From: an uncultured bacterium
Lineage (GTDB): Bacteria > Zixibacteria > MSB-5A5 > UBA10806
Assembly: GCA_965541585.1 (NCBI GenBank)
Contig: CBEUCH010000001.1
Coordinates: forward strand, 384,001 to 448,000
DNA: 64,000 nt
Direction: 5' to 3'
The notes beneath the pieces were generated by a model. That model was not told where the DNA came from. It saw nothing but the letters and a program-made list of their open reading frames with translations, and did not search any database. Positions 57,809 to 64,000 of this stretch are shown here, in pieces (position 1 is the stretch's first letter; the number at the start of each line of letters is the position of its first letter). The position numbers and the translations under genes were made by a program.

Positions 57809-60001
57809 TTATTTCAACAAAACCATTCTCTTCGATTCAACCGTTTCTGCCGTCTTTAAGCGATAGAAATAAATCCCGCTGGAAAGATGGGAAGCGTCGA
57901 ACGTGATATGGTGAATTCCCGCCGGTCGATGAGCATCAAGCAACGTCTCGACCTCCCGGCCAAGGAGATCGTAGACGGTGAGCCTGACATCCCCCGGTTC
58001 GGGCAATGAAAAGCTGATTGAGGTGGAAGCGTTGAACGGATTCGGATAATTATGCTCAAGCGAAAACTGCTCAGGTAGGTTCTGTACTTCTTCAATGCCG
58101 GTTTGCGGGTCAAACCGCAAGATCATCAGTGAAGAAATGTCTGCTACGTAAATATAATTACCAGCCACAAGAACATCAACAGCCTGGCCGCCCATATAGT
58201 ATTCACCGGCAAATGTGGGGACTGCGGGGTCGGAAACGTCTATTATCTGGAGGCCGGAATAATAACATGCCACATATGCGTAACCGCCGGAGACGAAAAC
58301 GTCATAAGCACTACCCGGCGTATCGTAGTTTCCGGCGAGCGTCGGGTCCGTAGGCTCGGAAACGTCTATTATCTTAAGGCCGGCATATCCATCAGCCAAA
58401 TAAGCGTAATCGCCGATGGCGAAGACGCCTATATAATCTCCACCCATGTCTGGAGAATAATATCTTCCGGCGAACGTCGGGTTTGAGGGGTCGGAGACGT
58501 TTATTATCTCCAGGACGCCATCGGGATCAGATGGCCAGCAGACATAGGCGTAATTACCAGAGATGGAAACGTCAAAAATATCATAGGAGGTATCGTAGCT
58601 TCCGGATAATGTCGGATTTAAAGGATCAGAGACATTTATTATTCGGAGACCTGGATCCCAGGAATCAGCCACATAAGCGTAACTGCCGGAGACGAAAATG
58701 CCCACTGCCGCGCCCGGGGTATTACAACTTCCGACAGATCTCGGATTTGAAGGATCAGAGATATCCAAAATTTGAATACCAGGAAATGCGTCCGCCACGT
58801 AAGCGTAGCTGGCAGAAATAAAAACGGCATTGGCAGAGCCCGGCGTATCCCAGCTTCGGGTTATCGTCGGGTTTGCAGGGCTGGAAACGTCTATTATCTC
58901 GAGGATACCGTTGGGATTACGTGGCCAGCAGGCATATGCGTAACTCCCGGAGGCGAAAATGCTGAAAACCTCATAGGGGGTATCGTAGCTTCCGGCTAAG
59001 GTTGGATTTGAGGAATTGGTGACATTTATTATTTTAATTCCGCGCTCGGCATCAGCCATATATGCGTAATTGCCGGATACGGAAACGCCACGGGCATCGC
59101 GGGTATCGTAACTTCCTACAAGTAACGGACTTGACGGGTCGGAAACGTTTATTATCTGAAGACCGGAATAGGAATCGGCCAAATAGGCGTAAACGCCGGA
59201 AATGAAAACGTTACAGGAGGAACTCGGTGTATCGCAGCTTCCGGCTAAGGTTGGGTCTGAGGGATCGGAAACATCGATTATCTGAAGGCCATCTTCGACG
59301 TCGGCCATATAGGCATAATTGCCGGTGACGAAAACGCCATCGGCATGGCCCGGGGTATCGTAACTTCCGGCCAGTATCGGATTTGCCGGGTCGGAAACGT
59401 CTATTATCTGGAGACCGTGAGCCCACTTGGCCACGTAGGCGTAACCTCTGGAGACAAAAATACCATAGGCCCATTCCCCTATATCGTGTGATCCAACGAG
59501 CGTTGGATTCGAGGAGTCGGAGACGTCTATTATGTGAAGGCCCCCATCATTTCCATCAACCACATAGGCATAACTGCCGGAGACGGAAACGTCAAAGCTC
59601 CATTCCGGCGTATCGCAGCTTCCTGTCAATATCGGATTTGACGGGTCGGAAATATCTATTATCTGAAGGCCTGAATACCGACCGGTTACATAGGCATAAC
59701 TGCCCGAAACGTCGAGACGGCGTCCGCGACCCTGTAAATGAAGCTGGCTCAGGAAGAGCGGGTTTGAAGGATCTGAGACGTCGAGAATCAACAGCCCATT
59801 GTGGAAGGCACAGTAGGCGAAATCATCGACGACCTGCACGTCTCTAACGTTATTCCATAGTGTCGAGCCGATATACTCAACATTCTGGGCGAATGCAGAA
59901 CCGGCGAATGACGTACACAGGATCGCCACCAGCGAAATTGTAGATAATGGTTTTATTTTTTGCTCTCCTTGATGCTCACTATTCTTAATCTGCATATTCA
60001 T
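57809..60001 (-). CDS. LVIVD-repeat secreted protein with T9SS type-A-like C-terminal domain
   Basis: 14 repeats of VSGxYAYVAD..GLQIIDVSDPxNP; signal peptide ending AFA-Q; NYPNPFN..IYFYRL..KRMVLLK tail; exact start uncertain. Confidence 0.92.
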   Translation of the reverse strand: MNMQIKNSEHQGEQKIKPLSTISLVAILCTSFAGSAFAQNVEYIGSTLWNNVRDVQVVDDFAYCAFHNGLLILDVSDPSNPLFLSQLHLQGRGRRLDVSGSYAYVTGRYSGLQIIDISDPSNPILTGSCDTPEWSFDVSVSGSYAYVVDGNDGGLHIIDVSDSSNPTLVGSHDIGEWAYGIFVSRGYAYVAKWAHGLQIIDVSDPANPILAGSYDTPGHADGVFVTGNYAYMADVEDGLQIIDVSDPSDPTLAGSCDTPSSSCNVFISGVYAYLADSYSGLQIINVSDPSSPLLVGSYDTRDARGVSVSGNYAYMADAERGIKIINVTNSSNPTLAGSYDTPYEVFSIFASGSYAYACWPRNPNGILEIIDVSSPANPTITRSWDTPGSANAVFISASYAYVADAFPGIQILDISDPSNPRSVGSCNTPGAAVGIFVSGSYAYVADSWDPGLRIINVSDPLNPTLSGSYDTSYDIFDVSISGNYAYVCWPSDPDGVLEIINVSDPSNPTFAGRYYSPDMGGDYIGVFAIGDYAYLADGYAGLKIIDVSEPTDPTLAGNYDTPGSAYDVFVSGGYAYVACYYSGLQIIDVSDPAVPTFAGEYYMGGQAVDVLVAGNYIYVADISSLMILRFDPQTGIEEVQNLPEQFSLEHNYPNPFNASTSISFSLPEPGDVRLTVYDLLGREVETLLDAHRPAGIHHITFDASHLSSGIYFYRLKTAETVESKRMVLLK

Positions 60002-60109
60002 CGCAATGCCCTGGCCATCACGTTAACAGATGATAAAATTGACCCCGCAACCGCACCAACAGAAGGGAACGTTCTATCCTGTCTATTTGATTACAAGAAA
60101 TCCCACTAA

Positions 60110-60138
60110 ATAATACCTTCGAACTCCAATATTGTCAA
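60110..60138 (-). promoter_or_regulatory. sigma70 promoter of the LVIVD gene
   Basis: Minus strand TTGACA-N17-TATTAT. Confidence 0.7.
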
Positions 60139-60206
60139 GCGGAATGTCAGTATCAGGTTGGAGACGTACGTTGAGCATAAATCTATTGACTTCCCGACGC
60201 CCAATT

Positions 60207-60232
60207 GCTGGCAGGAAGGGGTTCCTGCCAGC
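60207..60232. repeat. REP-like hairpin
   Basis: GCTGGCAGGAA-GGGG-TTCCTGCCAGC perfect 11-bp arms; a degenerate relative (GCTGTCAGGA..CCCCGATAGC) lies near 36750-36776. Confidence 0.55.
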
Positions 60233-60262
60233 GCACACGCAACGTCGTCGAGGCGTTATTTG

Positions 60263-60291
60263 TTGACATATATATTGTTGAATGCCATATT
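60263..60291 (+). promoter_or_regulatory. Putative sigma70 promoter of arcE-arcC
   Basis: TTGACA-N17-CATATT with TGn extension. Confidence 0.55.
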
Positions 60292-60432
60292 CACCTCATG
60301 CATTACTGGTCCAAAAAGCTTTACGACCACTGATATCCCCTTTTTGTCGGGTTGTTACGACAGCTTTAAAGATCAGATTCAAGCTTGTATAATGATCAGG
60401 AGAACTAATTAGGTTTGATAAATTGAGGATTT

Positions 60433-61770
60433 ATGAATAAGAAAAAAATAATCATAATGGGTGCGGCGGGAAGAGATTTTCACAATTTCAATCTTCTGTT
60501 CCGCGATAATGAGGCTTACGAGGTAGTCGCTTTCACCGCCACTCAAATCCCCGATATCGAAGACAGAAAATATCCCGCTAAACTTGCAGGGAAACTTTAT
60601 CCGGACGGGATTTCGATCCATCCGGAATCACAACTCGCAACCCTGATAGCCAAACACAAAGTAGACGAGGTTGTATTTTCGTATTCCGATGTCAAGTATA
60701 ACTATGTCATGTCCAGGACCGCCCTCGTTAACGCCGGCGGGGCTGATTTCAGGCTTGTGGGGGGATTTTCAACCATGCTGAAATCCGAAAAGCCGGTCAT
60801 AGCAGTATGCGCGGTCAGAACCGGTTCTGGAAAATCTCAGAGCACACGCAGAGTATGTGAGATCCTCAAAGAGATGAATTTGAAAGCGGTAGTGGTACGT
60901 CACCCCATGCCTTATGGAGATCTATTGAAACAGATCTGTCAGCGTTTCGCCACGCTTGAGGATCTGGACAAGCATAAATGCACCATCGAGGAGCGCGAGG
61001 AATACGAGCCGCATATTGCCAGGGGCCAGGTTGTTTACGCTGGAGTCGATTACGATGTCATTCTCAAAAGCGCTGAGGCCGAAGCTGATGTTGTGGTATG
61101 GGATGGAGGTAATAACGATCTTCCGTTTTACATGCCCGATCTGCATATCACTATAGTCGATCCTCACAGGGCCGGCCACGAAACATCGTATTATCCCGGC
61201 GAGACGAATGTCCTGCTTTCGGATGTCATTATTATAAATAAAGTCGATACCGCTCCTCCAGAGGGGATTAACGCAGTGCGGGAATCCGTCCGGCAACTGA
61301 ATCCCGGTGCGATAGTAATAGAGGCGGCTTCGCCGGTGTCGGTTGATGATGCCGATCTAATCAAGGGAAAGCGAGTGCTGGTTATTGAAGACGGCCCGAC
61401 ATTAACTCATGGCGAAATGACATTTGGCGCAGGTATCGTGGCGGCCCAGAAATACGGTGCGGCTGAGATTGTGGATCCCCGTCCCTATACGGTGGCATCG
61501 ATAACCGCCACCTATGAAAAATATCCCAGGATAGGGACTCTGTTACCGGCCATGGGATACGGTGCAGAACAGTTAAAGGACCTGGAGACCACCATCAATA
61601 GTACCGAATGCGATACAGTTATAGTCGCCACCCCTATCGACCTGGGCCGGATCATCAAGATCAGCAAACCGTCGGTACGGGTCCGTTACGAATTGCAGGA
61701 GACAGGGAAACCGAGCCTCGGCGACGTGATAAGAGATTTTTTCGAAAAGCCAGGCAAAGAAAAAGAATGA
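60433..61770 (+). CDS. arcE: Arginine synthetase-like P-loop protein (cyclic 2,3-diphosphoglycerate synthetase/GTPase family)
   Basis: IIMGAAGRDFHNFN, AFTATQIP, RTGSGKS, RHPMPYG, TIEEREEYE and WDGGNND motifs; ATGA-coupled to carbamate kinase. Confidence 0.78.
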   Translation: MNKKKIIIMGAAGRDFHNFNLLFRDNEAYEVVAFTATQIPDIEDRKYPAKLAGKLYPDGISIHPESQLATLIAKHKVDEVVFSYSDVKYNYVMSRTALVNAGGADFRLVGGFSTMLKSEKPVIAVCAVRTGSGKSQSTRRVCEILKEMNLKAVVVRHPMPYGDLLKQICQRFATLEDLDKHKCTIEEREEYEPHIARGQVVYAGVDYDVILKSAEAEADVVVWDGGNNDLPFYMPDLHITIVDPHRAGHETSYYPGETNVLLSDVIIINKVDTAPPEGINAVRESVRQLNPGAIVIEAASPVSVDDADLIKGKRVLVIEDGPTLTHGEMTFGAGIVAAQKYGAAEIVDPRPYTVASITATYEKYPRIGTLLPAMGYGAEQLKDLETTINSTECDTVIVATPIDLGRIIKISKPSVRVRYELQETGKPSLGDVIRDFFEKPGKEKE

Positions 61771-62711
61771 ATGTGAAAAAGGCTGTAGTTGCCCTCGGCG
61801 GTAACGCTATATCCAACCGCGATCGGGAGGATACTATTTCTCACCAGTTCGAGAACACATATGCCAGCCTGGGCTCCATCGTGGAGCTGATCAAAGACGG
61901 CTATCAGTTGGCGATCACTCACGGTAACGGTCCCCAGGTGGGAAACGCTCTGTTGCGTGTGGAGCTGGCCAAGGGAAAAGCCCCCATATTGCCTCTCTAT
62001 ATCTGTGTAGCGGATCTCCAGGGCGGCATGGGTCATATGATTGCCCAGTGTCTTCAGAACCGCCTGAAAAAGGAAGGGATAGCTCGAGAAGTTGTGACAA
62101 TGGTATCCCAGGTGCTCGTCGATGAGAACGATTCGGCCTTTGCCAGACCCACCAAGTTCATAGGCCAGTTTTATGATGAGAAGACCGCTGAAATACTGCA
62201 TAAAGAGATGGGCTGGAAAATGACTCCATTTCCCGGGGATAAGAGATGGCGTCGCGTAGTGCCATCCCCCAGACCTTTGAAGTTGATCGAGCGAAAAACG
62301 ATCAACAGGCTTCTGGATAATAACAGCATAGTCATAGCGGCTGGCGGTGGCGGTATACCGGTTGTCTGCAGAGATGAAAAGCTATTCGGAGTTGACGCCG
62401 TAATCGACAAAGATCTGGCGGCGGCAGCGATGGCCAGAGATATCGGCGCGGAGCTTCTTATCATTTTCACTGACGTTGACAGAGTGGCTATCAATTTCGG
62501 CAAACCCGATCAAAAGGATCTTGACGAAGTTACACTTGGTGAGATAAAAGCCTATCGTGATGAGGGACATTTCCCGGCTGGTTCCATGGGGCCGAAGATA
62601 GAGGCCGCAATTGACTTTCTGGATAACGGCGGCGGGAAAGTTATTATCAGCTCCATAGCGAGGGGTTATGAAGCGGTGGTCGGCAAAGCCGGCACCAGGA
62701 TATTGCCATAA
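61767..62711 (+). CDS. arcC: Carbamate kinase
   Basis: VALGGNA, THGNGPQVG, PTK.IG.FY, RRVVPSP, VIDKD and GSMGPK motifs; start at ATG 61767. Confidence 0.96.
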   Translation: MNVKKAVVALGGNAISNRDREDTISHQFENTYASLGSIVELIKDGYQLAITHGNGPQVGNALLRVELAKGKAPILPLYICVADLQGGMGHMIAQCLQNRLKKEGIAREVVTMVSQVLVDENDSAFARPTKFIGQFYDEKTAEILHKEMGWKMTPFPGDKRWRRVVPSPRPLKLIERKTINRLLDNNSIVIAAGGGGIPVVCRDEKLFGVDAVIDKDLAAAAMARDIGAELLIIFTDVDRVAINFGKPDQKDLDEVTLGEIKAYRDEGHFPAGSMGPKIEAAIDFLDNGGGKVIISSIARGYEAVVGKAGTRILP

Positions 62712-62758
62712 GATTTTAATAGTAATCCGTAGAAAAACAATCGCAAATACATAAAGAA

Positions 62759-64000
62759 ATGAAACACGCCCTGTCCCCTGGTCTTTCCGAGAGTATCTTA
62801 AAAGCCGGCAAACTTTATGAGGTAGGCGGTTCTGTTCGCGATTCGCTGGTCAACCCCGATTTCGAACTCAAGGATCGGGATTACCTGGTCACCGGCATTC
62901 CTCTTGAAGATCTGATATCCATTCTGCGGCGGTTCGGGCGGGTAGATGTCGTGGGCAGGTCATTCGGAGTTATTAAATTCACCCCGAAAGGGCAGGATTC
63001 TACATGCGATATGGCCATACCCAGGACCGAAAAATCGACCGGCATTGCTCATAAAGATTTCGAAGTTTCATATGATCCCGATCTTTCGGTGGAGGTTGAT
63101 CTCAAACGTCGTGATTTCACTATCAACGCCATGGCCAGGGAAATCCCCTCCGGGGAGTTGATCGATCCCTGCGGCGGAAAGCAGGATATTCGGAAGAAAA
63201 TTATTCGGATCGTCTTCCCGAAAGCGATAGCAGAGGACCCGCTGAGGATTCTAAGAGGCACACAGTTTTCAGCACGTTTTGAATTCCAGATAGAAGCCGG
63301 TACGTTGCGGTCCATGAAAGAAAGTGCCGCACTTTTGAAGACTGTATCTCCGGAGAGGATGGCCGAGGAGATCGGCAAAATGCTTACGAAAGCGGATAAG
63401 CCCTCGATAGGATTTCGCTACTTACTCGAAATCGGCGCGCTGGATATCATATTCCCCGAGCTGGTCGAATGCATCGGGGTCGATCAACCCGGCGGTTACC
63501 ATAAGTGGGATGTTTTCGATCATACCATGGTCTGTGTTGATAATGCACCGAGGCGGTTGGCCGTCCGCCTGGCGGCTTTATTCCATGATATTGGCAAGCC
63601 GCAAACCAGGGAATTAGTCAAAGATGGAGCTACTTTTTACGGACATGACAGGCTTTCGGCGACTATGGCGACGAAGGCTCTCAAGAGATTGCGATACTCC
63701 AACGAGATAATCGAACAGGTCTCGAAATTGGTTTCCAAACATATGTTCAGCGACAGTGCGGGCGAAAAAGGCGTGAGGCGTTTGATCAGGGCCGTTGGGA
63801 TAGAGTTTATATATGACCTTCTGGATTTGCGAAGGGCGGATATTGTAGCTCAGGGAATGGGTCAGGATCCATCGGAGGTGGATGAATTCGAGGCCAGGGT
63901 TACCGAAGAAATCGAGAAAAAATCACCGTTTGGTTTTCAGGATCTGGCAGTCAATGGAGATGAAATAAAATCCGAATTCGGCATTCCGGAAGGGCCTCTG
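62759..64000 (+). CDS. cca: CCA-adding tRNA nucleotidyltransferase with HD domain (runs off the window end)
   Basis: Manual translation from ATG 62759: YEVGGSVRD, KDRDY, DLKRRDFTINAMA, EDPLRILR and LFHDIGKP; absent from the ORF track because no stop lies in the window. Confidence 0.9.
   Translation, partial: MKHALSPGLSESILKAGKLYEVGGSVRDSLVNPDFELKDRDYLVTGIPLEDLISILRRFGRVDVVGRSFGVIKFTPKGQDSTCDMAIPRTEKSTGIAHKDFEVSYDPDLSVEVDLKRRDFTINAMAREIPSGELIDPCGGKQDIRKKIIRIVFPKAIAEDPLRILRGTQFSARFEFQIEAGTLRSMKESAALLKTVSPERMAEEIGKMLTKADKPSIGFRYLLEIGALDIIFPELVECIGVDQPGGYHKWDVFDHTMVCVDNAPRRLAVRLAALFHDIGKPQTRELVKDGATFYGHDRLSATMATKALKRLRYSNEIIEQVSKLVSKHMFSDSAGEKGVRRLIRAVGIEFIYDLLDLRRADIVAQGMGQDPSEVDEFEARVTEEIEKKSPFGFQDLAVNGDEIKSEFGIPEGPL

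Noticed and set aside
58100..59850. CRISPR-like or non-coding tandem array
   Set aside because: The periodicity comes from degenerate in-frame LVIVD protein repeats; there are no identical repeats with unique spacers and no cas genes
60279..60293. ArgR box upstream of arcE (TGAAT-GCCAT-ATTCA)
   Set aside because: The spacer is 5 bp and GC-containing rather than 4 AT bases, and there is no tandem second box

Overview
This is a 64 kb bacterial chromosomal window, mostly + strand, from a likely anaerobic diderm. The T9SS-type C-terminal domain and LVIVD protein suggest an FCB-associated lineage such as Zixibacteria, but that is inference only. (1) 0.2-9.4 kb: molybdenum cofactor biosynthesis and maturation genes (moaC, MOT1-type transporter, MOSC, moeA, mobA; mocA, xdhC, yqeB, mog), split by an inverted VIT-VWA gene. 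(2) 9.6-33.7 kb: an anaerobic benzoyl-CoA degradation island containing an ADP-forming acyl-CoA synthetase, oah, an SDR, a thiolase, dch, a TetR regulator with a promoter-adjacent operator, bzdNOPQ reductase, bzdM ferredoxin, bzdV, had, an acyl-CoA dehydrogenase, a 2-oxoacid oxidoreductase whose delta subunit is fused to a GltD/NfnB-like flavoprotein, and a LeuA-family synthase. (3) 33.9-45.5 kb: GH15, a ZIP transporter, an Lgt paralog beside a subtilase with a Cys-TM-basic C-terminal tail, and a sigma54-preceded solute-binding protein/kinase/NtrC-type regulator trio. (4) 45.6-53.8 kb: pth-rpsF-ssb-rpsR-DUF2232-rplI, a DegV remnant, DUF151, gamma-CA, a TPR/LpoA-like protein and larE. (5) 53.9-64 kb: REP-like palindromes, two AT-rich genes, an aldehyde dehydrogenase, an LVIVD protein, an arginine synthetase-like gene with carbamate kinase, and a truncated CCA-adding enzyme. 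The most unusual signals are an 18-bp near-palindromic unit inserted cleanly four times into different REP-like hairpins (once with a further 24-bp insertion nested inside it), the subtilase/Lgt pair, and the non-canonical accessory parts of the bzd island. No rRNA, tRNA, CRISPR array or transposase was seen. All product calls come from motif recognition, not database searches.
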